A DNA stretch of 64,000 nt, taken from Candidatus Hydrogenedentota bacterium. Its GTDB lineage: Bacteria > Hydrogenedentota > Hydrogenedentia > Hydrogenedentales > SLHB01. Position numbers and translations under genes: made by a program. The notes beneath the pieces are model-generated. The model worked only from the letters and a program-made list of their open reading frames with translations. It did no database searches and had not been told where the DNA came from. Below are positions 19,647 through 29,685 of the stretch, piece by piece. The stretch's first letter is position 1. Each line of letters begins with the position of its first letter. The DNA is taken from positions 64,001-128,000 of the forward strand of contig CAVUWV010000018.1 in NCBI GenBank assembly GCA_963745075.1, read 5' to 3'.

Positions 19647-21990
19647 ATGCGCTTTCACCGCGTAGCAGAGTTCACGTTGCGCGCCGGGCTTTCAGTCTTT
19701 CTGTGCATCCTCGCCGTGGCCGAAGCGCCGGATCAGGGGCAAATCGATCTGGCCAACGGGCTCTTCGAGCGGGGCTATTTCAAGATGGCCGCCGACGCGT
19801 ATCGGGACTACGTCGAGAAGTTCCCGGACGGACCGCATTTCAATGAAGCGTTGTATCGCCTCGGCGAAAGTGAATACAGCGCGGGCAACTATCAAGCAGC
19901 GCTGGATGCGCTCGATCGCGCGTTGAAGGCCAATCTCGATCCGGCCACGCAGCAGCGGGCGCGGATGCGGAGAGGCGAACTGCTGTACCGGTTGGGCCGT
20001 CTCGACGAGGCGTCGGAAGCGCTGATGTCGCTCGCCGGAGAGGAGACGCCGGCCGAGATCCGGGCGGGGGCTTTGTATTATCTGGGGAAACTGCATTTCG
20101 ACAACAAACAATACGACACGGCGGTCGCGAGCTTTCAGAAACTGATCGACGGATTGCCGGACAGTCCGTTGGTTCCTTACGCGCGCTATCAGTTGGCGTT
20201 GGTGGATCTGGCGCGCAACGATTTCGAGAATGCCGCGATTGAATTCTCGGCGGTCGCCGATTCTAAAGTGGACGAGTCGCTTCGGGTGGAAAGCCGGTTT
20301 CAGGCCGCCGAGACCTACGACCGGATCGGCTGGCATGATGCGGCTCAGTCGGCGTACAAGGAACTCATCGACCAGTTCCCGGACTCGAACTACGCGGAAC
20401 GCGCGTCGTATGGATACGCATGGGCGTTGTACCGGGCGGGCAACTTTGGCCAGGCGGAAAGTGCCGCAACCGACTTCGTCAAGAAGTATCCGGATTCCAA
20501 GTCCGTTCCGGGCATTGCAATATTTCAAGCGAATTGCCAGCAGCAACAGCAACAGTACGACAAGGCGATTGAAGGATACCGGGCCATTCAAAAGGCCTAT
20601 CCTGATTCGCCCTTTGCGGCGCGGGCGCAATACAAAGTCGCGTGGACGCTCTACCTGAAGGGCGATACGGAGGGCGCGAAGAACGAGGTGTCCCGTTTCC
20701 TGGATACGTACAAGGACGCCTCGCTGATCGGGGACGCGGCATTTCTTCGGGAACGATACTCGCCTCGGAGAACAACTGGGAGGACGCGTACGAAGAGTTC
20801 CGGCTTGTCGCGGAGAAGTACGTGAACAGCGAGTTCGCGCCGGAAGCCTTGTACAAGATGGGCGAGGCCCTGGCCCAATTGGGCCGGACGGACGAAGCGG
20901 CCACGGTCTTCTCGACCTTCGCGGACAAGTATCCGGACAACCCGCTCGCCTCGGAGGCGGTGTTGCGGATCGGCGATGCCGACTTTTATGGCGCCAAGTT
21001 CAAAGATGCCATCGCAAACTACCAGCGCATTCTTGAAGGAAATCCGGATCCTGCCAAAGAAGAGAACGCGCTGTATCGCATGGCGTATGCGTACTACAAC
21101 ATCCAGGACTACAAATCCTGCGCGGACACCTTTCAACAGCTGGTGGAGAAATATCCGGAGACGTCGCATCGCGCCGAGGCGTACCTTCGTATCGGGGATT
21201 ACCTGAGGGAAAGCGGCGACGATGCCGTGCATGCCATCGAGGCGTACCAGAAGCGACTGGATACGGAGCCCAAGGGCCCGTATGCGGGACGGGCGTTGCG
21301 CGGGCTGGCGCTGGCACGTCTGGCGACAAACGATTTGGACGGCGCGGCAGAGGGGATGTACCGCGTGATCGCTGAGTTTCCCGATACGAAGTTAAACGAG
21401 AAGGCGTATCTGTGGCTCGGTCAGTATTCATTCGACCAGGGCAAATGGGAACAGGCCGCGACAGTTCTGGAAGCGTTGTTGACGGCGTTCCCGGACTATC
21501 CGAATCCCGAACGCGTGCGCCTCAAGATCGGGGAGTGCAGCGAGAAGAAGGGAGATACGGAACATGCGATCAGCTGTACGATGCCGTAATGCAAGGCGCT
21601 CCGCAAAGCAGTTCGGCCCAGGACGCGCGGTACAAGATGGCGCAGTTGTACGAGTCGAAGAAGAAGATGGACAAGGCGATCGAGTTGTACGAGCAGGTTG
21701 CTAACACGAATGCGGGCGACACTGCGGCGCGGGCGCGCTTTCATCTCGGCGAGATTTATGAGGCGAAAGGCGATTGCGACAGCGCCGCGCGCAGTTACAT
21801 GCAGGTTGCGATTCTGTTTCTCCACCCCGAACTTTCGCCGGAATCGCTCTGGCGCGCCGGGCAGTGTTTTGAGACAATGGGGTCAGTCGATCGGGCCAAG
21901 CGGGCTTACCAGGAAATCCTGAGCGATTTTCCGGAGAGCGAACAGGCGGGCAAGGCAAAGCAGCGGCTCGACGAATTGGGGCAGCCATGA
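19647..21990 (+). CDS. large secreted TPR-repeat protein (CpoB/BamD-like repeats), frameshifts near 20745 and 21575
   Basis: Signal peptide; many repeats of YP-x-S...A-x-Y-x-LG across three consecutive frames (19647-, 20642-, 21412-). Confidence 0.85.
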
Positions 21991-23774
21991 CGACCGTGAG
22001 TAAACGGAAATTGCTTGTCATCAGCGTGTTGATCTCGCTGGGGCTGCATGGTCTGCTGATCGCGGTGTCGCCGCAAGTTCAGGTACTGGCGCGTACGGAG
22101 TCTCCGGAAAATCTGCTGCGCGCCTTTCATGTGCGACTCATCGACGAGAAGGAATTGCAGCAAGTGGAACCGGAAGACGGGGGCACCGGTACACTCGGCA
22201 CCAGGCCCGGGTCCATTACGGATCAGCCCATTGAGAATCCGGAATCCCTCACGCCGGACGAATCCCTCCTCAAGCAGACGGTCACGATCCCGCAACTTGC
22301 AGAGCGTCTGGTCAATGACACCACGCCGGAGTCGGGCGATGTGGCGCCGACGGACGACGTCCTCAAGGCGTTGGACGCGAAGATCGTCGAGATATCCGAG
22401 AACGTTGCCCGGCAGGACATTCAGGTGACCCGGCGGCTCGTGGCCCCGAGTTCGACGCGCATCATCGGTGAAGGCGAAATGCCGACGTTCCGCGGCGCGG
22501 GCAGTACTTCGGAACCGGAGGAGGCGTTGCTCATCAATCCTCTGCCGCCCCGTCCCGTACTCCCGATTCCTGGCGCCCCCGGCGGCGAATCCGGTGAAGC
22601 TGGAACGTCGAGAGACGGCATCTACCCCACCATGGGAATCCGACGGCGAAACGCGGGGCGAAAATGACTTACCCGCGCTTCCGGAGCTTCCCATCGAGAA
22701 GTTGATGGCACGGGCGCCGGTAACGCAAGCGATTGAACGTGAGCGAAAGTATGAGTCCATCGACGACGTGGTGGCGATGCATTTGGATGCGTACGTGCCT
22801 CCCGGCGAACGTACGGGGTATTTCCGCCTGCGAATCGTGCCCAAGGAAGGCGAGTCCATAGCACCGCTTCCCAAAGATATTACGTTCATCATCGACGCGT
22901 CGAACAGCATCCTGCAGCGCAAACTCGACCAGACGGTGGCGGGCGTTCGTGATTGCATTGCATCATTGCGTCCCGAAGATCGATTTAATGTCGTGATTTT
23001 CCGGGACACGCCGACGCTGTTTCATCCTTCCCTTACGTTCGCGACGGACGAGCGAAGCAGGCGGCCCGGGAGTTTCTGGCCAACGTGGAGTCTCGCGGCG
23101 AGACCAACGTATACAGTGGAATTCTTCCGGTCATCTCGGAACCGCCGCGACAGGGTGTTCCCGGAATCGCGCTGGTGCTTTCCGACGGCAAACCGACGAC
23201 CGGAATCAAGGACGGCCGGACGCTGATCAATGCGTTAACGGCGGAGAATTCCCAGCACTACAGCATCTACGCGTTTGCCGGCGGACGAACCATCAATCAG
23301 CACATGCTGGATTTGCTGGCGTACCGGAATCGCGGTGAAGCGGCGTTCACCCCGCAACTCGACGCGATTGGCAAAGAGCTGCCGCAGTTCTTCTCCAATT
23401 TGAACGATCCCATCCTGGTCGATTGTGCTGCGGACTTTGGCGGCATCAGCGAAAACTCGGTCTTCCCGAAACAGTTCCCGGACTTCTATCGCGGCCAGGC
23501 ATTTACGGTATACGGACAATTCGATCCGACCCGCGATCGCGAATTTGCGGTGCGCTTGACGGGGGATGCCGGCACGGAAAAGAAGGAAGTTATCTTTCGT
23601 GCGGATTTGACGGAAGCGGCGCACGGCGACCGGGACATCGCCCGGAACTGGGCCTTTCGCAAAATCTACTTTCTCATCGGGGAAATGACGCGCTTGGGTG
23701 AAACACCGGAGCTGCTCACGGAACTGCACACGCTTGCCCGGCAATACAATATCCGCACGAGCTACGATGAGTAA
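21987..23774 (+). CDS. membrane-anchored VWA-domain protein, frameshifts near 22575 and 23055
   Basis: N-terminal TM (SVLISLGLHGLL), Pro/acidic linker, MIDAS IIDASNS...GETN...LSDG. Confidence 0.8.
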
Positions 23775-25494
23775 TCCGGAACCCTTCGAAGGCCTCCCCC
23801 CCACTTTGCTCTTTCCGACGCGTCGGTGGCCTCACCCGTGGTGAAGGCATCGCACCTGCATCACCTGTGCACGACACGGGACACCAGGTTATCCCGGTGC
23901 TTGAATGAAATCTACGGGGCGGAGCCCGCACTTATTGAAGAGCGGTCTCGACTGCTGGAACGAATTCTCTCCATGTTTCTTGAGCGTTACGGAGACGATG
24001 CCGTTCGCGTGTTTCGCTGTCCGGGCCGGATCAATTTGCGGGGCATGCACGTGGACACCCACGGCGGTTACCTTAATTTGATGACGCACCAGCGGGAGGT
24101 TTTGATCGTCCTCTCCCCCACCGACGATGCGACGTTTCGCATCTGCAATGTTGAACCGCAATTCGAACCGGTAACGTTCGACGGAGCGCAGTGGCATTCG
24201 CGTCGACGCATTTGAGAAGGACTGGCACGCATTCATTACGGACCCTGCCGTCCAGACGCCGGTATTGCAGCGCCGCGGCCACTGGGGGAACTACCTCGAA
24301 GGCTGCGTGGCGCGCGTACAGCACCATTGGCGGGACACGCGCTTTACCGGGTTCAACGCGGTGGTCGGAAGCGATCTCCCCCGTGGCGCGGCGTTGAGTT
24401 CTTCTACGGCCCTGTCCATGGTGTTCATCAAGGCCATGACCGCGTGCAATGCTTGCGCCGTGGATGACGCATTGCTGATTCGCCTGGGCAAAGAGGCCGA
24501 ATGGTATACCGGCGCGCGGGGTGGCATGAGCGATCAGGCCGCCATGGTTCTCGGCAACCGCGATGAGCTCGTCAACATCGCAATTCATCCTGACGATTTG
24601 GATGTGTCGGGCGCTCGGCGCGTCGAATTCCCCGATGTACTGGATGTCCTCGTCATTGACTCGCAGACCGAGCGTAGTCTGAGCGGTGCGCAACTGGTGG
24701 AGTATACGCGGAATCGGTTCGCGTACTCGTTGGCGATGGAGATTCTGCGTCAGGAATTCATGGAGATGGGGTTGGCCGAAGGGACGGTGCGCGGCATTCG
24801 CTACCTATCGGACTTGGGGGCGACTCATCTCAACCGCTTTGGCGGCGCGCGCTTTCTTTATGAGTGTCTTCGGCGCATTCCGGAAACAATTGCAATCGAC
24901 GAGCTGAAAGGCCGGTACGAATTGCCGCAGCTTGACAAGGTCTATGAACAGTACTTTGGAACTGCGCCTGTAGAACTACGTCCCAAACAAATCGGGCTGC
25001 GAGGGCCATTGCTTTTCGGCATTGCGGAGTCGGAGCGCGCGCGGGCCTTTCCGGACTTGTTACGTGATGGTGCATACAATCGTGCGGGTGCATTGATGAC
25101 GCTCGGCCACGATGGTGACCGGCGCGTTACGGCGGATGGGGCACCGTACCGGTTCGACGTCAGCGATGAGGCGCTCAAGGGACTGGCTTCGGAAGAGGCT
25201 CCTATCGAAGATTGTCCGGGCGTCTACGGCGCGAGCAGCGTTGCCTTGGACGGGATCGTCGACACCGCGCTGGCAGCGGGGGCGCTGGGCGCGTCGTTGA
25301 CCGGCGGCGGCATTGCGGGAACAGTGCTTGCGCTGTGCATTTCCCGGGATTCCGAGCGCGTCTGCGAGGCGGTCCAAGGGTTAATTGGATCGGAGGATTA
25401 CGGTCGTCTTGCAGGGTTGGCAGAATCGAACCGGTCTAATGCGGTCGTTGTGAATCGCGCGGTGGCTCCGTTGGGAGAGATCGTTTTGGGGTAG
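23767..25494 (+). CDS. galactokinase-like GHMP kinase with divergent sugar motif; frameshifted near 23800 and 24200
   Basis: PGRINLRGMHVD, WGNY, LPRGAALSSS, GMSDQ, GASLTGGGIAG. Confidence 0.8.
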
Positions 25495-25508
25495 CCCGGG
25501 TTCTCCGC

Positions 25509-26846
25509 TCATTCGGGGGAATGGTGTTTCCTGTGGTGCGTTTCACGAAAGGCCTTGATGTGGACGGCGGGATCCCCCGTGATCAGGCGGGCTTTTCGGG
25601 AGTGACGCAGGAAGTCCCAGAGCCAGGTCCCCATGACGAGTAGGCGGTTGCCAAATCCGACCAGAAAGAACACGTGCACGAGACTCCAGACGATCCAGCC
25701 GATGAAACCACTGACGTGGGTGTTTCCAAATGCCGCGATGGCACGGCCGCGGCCGATCACGGCCATGGAGCCTTTGTCGTTGTAGTGGAAGGCAGGACGT
25801 TTGCCGGGCGACGCTGTGGACAGTTCCCGCCGGATGACGTTCGCGGCGAAGCGGCCCATCTGAATCGCGGCCTGGGCCACGCCGGGCACGGGTTGTCCCG
25901 TATCCGGATTGGTGACGGCGGCGGCGTCCCCCACGACGAAGACTTCGGGGTGATTGGGGATCGAGAGGTCCGGGTTCACGAGTACGCGGCCCTTCTTGTC
26001 CAATTCGACGCCCAAGGTTTTGGCTACCGCGGGGCCCTGGACACCGGTTGCCCAGAAGACGTTTTCGGCCGGAACCTGCCGGTCACCAACGTATACCCCT
26101 TCATGGTCGACGCGGGTGACTCTGCTCTCGAGTAAGATTTCGACACCCATATCCTCCAAGGCCTGTTGCGCCTTTCGCGCCAAATCCTCAGGCATCGTTT
26201 CAACCAGCCGGGAGCCGCTGTGCACGAGAACAACGCGAGCGGTGCTGGGGTCGATAGCGCGGAAGTCCTTGGGAAGCGTCTTCGACGCGACATCCTTGAT
26301 GGCGCCGGCGAGTTCAACACCAGTCGGACCGCCGCCCACGATGACGAAGGTCAGTTTGGCGCGCCGTTCCTCTTCGTCGGCCTCCCACTCGGCCTCTTCG
26401 AACGCGAGCAGCATGCGGCGGCGAATGCCCAGGGCGTCATCGATGGTTTTCAGTCCCTGGGCATACATTCGGAAGTCGTCGTGACCGAAGTAGGACTGCT
26501 CCATTCCGACGGCCAATATGAGGTAGTCGTATTCGACCGTACCACCGTCGATCGTAAGCGAGCGCTTCTCGAGGTCGACGTGGGCGACATCCCCCAGGGC
26601 AACACGAACGTCTTTTTGGCGGTCCAACGTCTTTCGCAAAGGCGCAGCGATGTTGTTGGGCGCCAACTCCGCGGTGGCGACTTGGTACAGGAGGGGTTGG
26701 AATAGATGGTAGTTGTGGCGGTCGATGAGCAGGACTTGGGCGTCCGCGCCGTCCAGAGTCCGGACGGCATTGAGACCGCCGAACCCGCCACCCACGACGA
26801 CGACCAAGGGGCGGTCGTCGTTATCGTCGAGAAGATGCGATATCAT
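25509..26846 (-). CDS. ndh: type II NADH dehydrogenase
   Basis: VVVGGGFGG, HLFQPLLYQVAT, IVGGGPTGVELAG, FVVGD, PGVAQAAIQMG. Confidence 0.93.
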   Translation of the reverse strand: MISHLLDDNDDRPLVVVVGGGFGGLNAVRTLDGADAQVLLIDRHNYHLFQPLLYQVATAELAPNNIAAPLRKTLDRQKDVRVALGDVAHVDLEKRSLTIDGGTVEYDYLILAVGMEQSYFGHDDFRMYAQGLKTIDDALGIRRRMLLAFEEAEWEADEEERRAKLTFVIVGGGPTGVELAGAIKDVASKTLPKDFRAIDPSTARVVLVHSGSRLVETMPEDLARKAQQALEDMGVEILLESRVTRVDHEGVYVGDRQVPAENVFWATGVQGPAVAKTLGVELDKKGRVLVNPDLSIPNHPEVFVVGDAAAVTNPDTGQPVPGVAQAAIQMGRFAANVIRRELSTASPGKRPAFHYNDKGSMAVIGRGRAIAAFGNTHVSGFIGWIVWSLVHVFFLVGFGNRLLVMGTWLWDFLRHSRKARLITGDPAVHIKAFRETHHRKHHSPE

Positions 26847-26937
26847 CGATAATCCTGTCGCGCGTTCGAGCGAGTTCGTTCGGAATCAAAACTGCTGGGT
26901 TTTCGCAAGAGGGACCATCATGCGTCGAGGGCTTGGG

Positions 26938-27390
26938 CTAAAACAGGACGGGCAGTGTCCCCATGTTTTCGAGGATTTCATTGTCCGATGCGGCCGGATC
27001 CTCGGAGGAACGCACGATTAGGTCCCGAAGGTATTCGAAGGAACGGTTTTCAATTCCCGTGATCTCGAGGGCCATCCCTTGCGCCGTAATCCGGGCAACC
27101 GTGCACCGGGTGGACACCGATTTCAGGGGTTCGATCTCAAAGGTCGCAAGACATGAGGACCCGCCAGGCATGGGGTCATCGGTCTCGACAAACATGCCAA
27201 CGATAGAGAGATCGCGCACAACGGCGGCGATGACCTTGCCCTCGCCAAAGGTCAATTGTGCCGGAAGGCTGAACGACGACCGCGCATACCTGCGACGATT
27301 CTTACCCACTGGTCGTGAGACTCCTGATTCCGATGCGTTGGCCCAACGGCTACCATTCGCGAGTATTACTGGAAATCGCGCGCGTTTCAA
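26938..27390 (-). CDS. PilZ domain protein (c-di-GMP receptor); start uncertain
   Basis: RRRYAR (RxxxR) and RDLSIVG (DxSxxG) motifs. Confidence 0.8.
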   Translation of the reverse strand: MKRARFPVILANGSRWANASESGVSRPVGKNRRRYARSSFSLPAQLTFGEGKVIAAVVRDLSIVGMFVETDDPMPGGSSCLATFEIEPLKSVSTRCTVARITAQGMALEITGIENRSFEYLRDLIVRSSEDPAASDNEILENMGTLPVLF

Positions 27391-27602
27391 GTAGTGGACG
27401 TCGCCGTCACAGCCGGGCGGAGCCGTCCGGAGACGGGAGGCTGGAAGCGCTGTGTGCCGGATGCTAATCTTACGCTGGTGCGTTAAACGACGTTTGGATT
27501 CTACCGGATCGCGCGGAATCCGGCGGTGGAGTCCTGTAATCTCAATTCCGGAGGGGAGAAGGCCGAAGCTTTCGACCCATTCGCGTTTTGGAGGAGTGAA
27601 CC

Positions 27603-28097
27603 ATGCATAAGAAAAGTATCGAATTGCTGAACAAAGCCGTGGCGGACGAATTGTCGGCGGTACATCAGTACATGTACTTCCATTTCCATTGCGACGACCA
27701 GGGGCTGGACGTGATCGCTGCGCTCTTTAAGCAGACGGCCATCCAGGAGATGATCCACGTCGAGCGGCTCTCCGAGCGTATCCTGTTCCTCAAAGGCGAC
27801 GTGGAGATGGCGTTGGCCGAGCCGGTGCAGCAGATTCACGACGTTGCGGACATGTTGAAGCGCGCGGCCAAAATGGAGGAAGACAGCGCCAAGGAGTACA
27901 ACCAGTGGGCGAACGAGTGTGCGAAGAACGCGGACTCGGTGTCGAAAAAGCTCTTCGAGGATCTGGTTGCGGAAGAGGAAGGACACTTCGATCAATTCGA
28001 CCTGGAGGTTGACAAGCTGAAGCAGTACGGTGATAAGTACTTGGCGCTTCAGTCGATGGAAAGCAGCAAGTCGCGGCTGACGGGCGGCGCAGAATAA
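27603..28097 (+). CDS. bfr: bacterioferritin
   Basis: DELSAVHQY, EMIHVERL (heme Met retained), EEEGHFD ferroxidase ligands; RBS GGAGGAG. Confidence 0.93.
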   Translation: MHKKSIELLNKAVADELSAVHQYMYFHFHCDDQGLDVIAALFKQTAIQEMIHVERLSERILFLKGDVEMALAEPVQQIHDVADMLKRAAKMEEDSAKEYNQWANECAKNADSVSKKLFEDLVAEEEGHFDQFDLEVDKLKQYGDKYLALQSMESSKSRLTGGAE

Positions 28098-28250
28098 GGC
28101 AGCGTGATATTCCTGCCCCCACGGGGGATGCGCGTCGTCCTTCGGGGGACAGATCGTAACCGCCGACAGACTTGCGATTGACGAATGGGTTCCGTCGGGC
28201 CGGTCTGCCGTAAGGACGTGGTGCCTGGGTACTGAACGGTCGTTCCGGGA

Positions 28251-28367
28251 TCACAAGATCGGCATCAGCGGTACACGGCGAGGCGCCGGAAAGAGCGCGT
28301 CCTCACCAAAGAACAGGAAGTCGAAAATTCCGCCGATCATGTTGAGGATCAGAAGGATGAACCCCAT
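28251..28367 (-). CDS. 38-aa hydrophobic small protein MGFILLILNMIGGIFDFLFFGEDALFPAPRRVPLMPIL
   Basis: Hand-translated; GGGAGA RBS before ATG; TTGGCG-N17-TACAAT promoter at 28453-28425. Confidence 0.6.
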   Translation of the reverse strand: MGFILLILNMIGGIFDFLFFGEDALFPAPRRVPLMPIL

Positions 28368-28424
28368 GGTTTTTCTCCCGTGTTCGAGTCGAACCAACCC
28401 TACATTCAATCACTCTAAAACTCT

Positions 28425-28470
28425 ATTGTAAGCATATTACAGTTCGCCGCCAAAAAGCGCAATGCTTTTT
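28425..28470 (-). promoter_or_regulatory. sigma70 promoter of small ORF plus adjacent palindrome
   Basis: TTGGCG-N17-TACAAT on - strand; AAAAAGC-N5-GCTTTTT at 28452-28470. Confidence 0.5.
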
Positions 28471-28578
28471 GCCTTTGTGCGACAATTCAAGCAGCAATGA
28501 CTGCTGGATTTCACCGGCGCCCGAAGGCGCGCCGGATTGCACGTTTTTGTGAACGCGTAGCAGCAAGGACTCCTGAAA

Positions 28579-29682
28579 ATGGATAAGCACTCCAACGTGA
28601 CGGGATTTCTGCTCTTGGTCGTACTCGGCGTTGTGGGGTCTTTAACCTATACCTATCTAAGTCCTCCTACCCCGGACTCCGATGGCGCCGGTTCGGACGC
28701 GGAACCCTCTTTTCCCTCCGTAATCGACACCGCGAAACCTACGGTACGTACATTTAGGAAGGAAATTCCGTGGATTGGCGTCGTTGAGAGTCAGACGTTG
28801 GTTGAACTGAGGGCGTTGATGGCCGGCCGCGTGGAGTCCATCGAGGTTCAGGATGAAACGCCGATTGAGCCAAAGGTGACCGTAATGAAATTGGGTGGGC
28901 CGCAAGTGGAATCAAAACGGTCCCGGCTGGAGGCCGAAATTCAGTCGGCGGAGTCCGATTTGGATCTGGCGGATCGACTCGCCAAGCACCTCGCCGAATT
29001 GCATGGCGAGAAGCTCGCGACCAATGAACAATTCACGGCAGCCGAACAGAATAAAATCGACATTCAATCGAAGCTCCAAGACGCGCAACTTGCCCTGAAA
29101 GCCTTCGAGAAGGAAACGCAGATTGTGGGGCCGATACCCGGCGTGTTCACGGACCGTCGCGTAAGCCCGGGGCAGAGCGTTCAGGCGAGCGAGGGGGTCG
29201 GAGCGATCATCGACCCGGATCATTTGCGAATCGTCGCAACGGTTCATACAAAGGATGGGGCGGCCTTACGGGACAAAGAGGCGACCATCCGCCTCGACGC
29301 GAACCAGTCTGTAACCGCGGTTGTCCAGCGGGTGCTGGCGCAGCGCAGTGAAACGGGACTGGCGAAAGTATGGATTGAGGGTCCTGCGGTTAATGCCGAC
29401 CTGCGGCCGGGTCAAACGGTTGGCGGAACGGTCGTCGTCGATACGGTCCGAGACGCCCTGGCGGTGCCCGAATCGGCCGTCGTCTACGATTCGGAGGAGC
29501 GGCCTTGTGTGTTTGTTGCGAACGGCAACACGTCTGAACGGCGCGACGTTGAAATCGGGCCGACCCAGGATGGTTGGGTGGAGATTCGATCGGGATTGAA
29601 ACCGGATGAGTCGGTCGTTACGCAGGGGGCTTACGAACTCTTTTACCGCGATTTCAACGAACGATACAAGGTGCAGGACTGA
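28579..29682 (+). CDS. RND efflux periplasmic adaptor (MFP)
   Basis: N-terminal TM, hairpin helices, GPIPG, LRPGQ, LAVPESAV, GLKPDESVVTQG. Confidence 0.9.
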   Translation: MDKHSNVTGFLLLVVLGVVGSLTYTYLSPPTPDSDGAGSDAEPSFPSVIDTAKPTVRTFRKEIPWIGVVESQTLVELRALMAGRVESIEVQDETPIEPKVTVMKLGGPQVESKRSRLEAEIQSAESDLDLADRLAKHLAELHGEKLATNEQFTAAEQNKIDIQSKLQDAQLALKAFEKETQIVGPIPGVFTDRRVSPGQSVQASEGVGAIIDPDHLRIVATVHTKDGAALRDKEATIRLDANQSVTAVVQRVLAQRSETGLAKVWIEGPAVNADLRPGQTVGGTVVVDTVRDALAVPESAVVYDSEERPCVFVANGNTSERRDVEIGPTQDGWVEIRSGLKPDESVVTQGAYELFYRDFNERYKVQD

Positions 29683-29685
29683 ACC

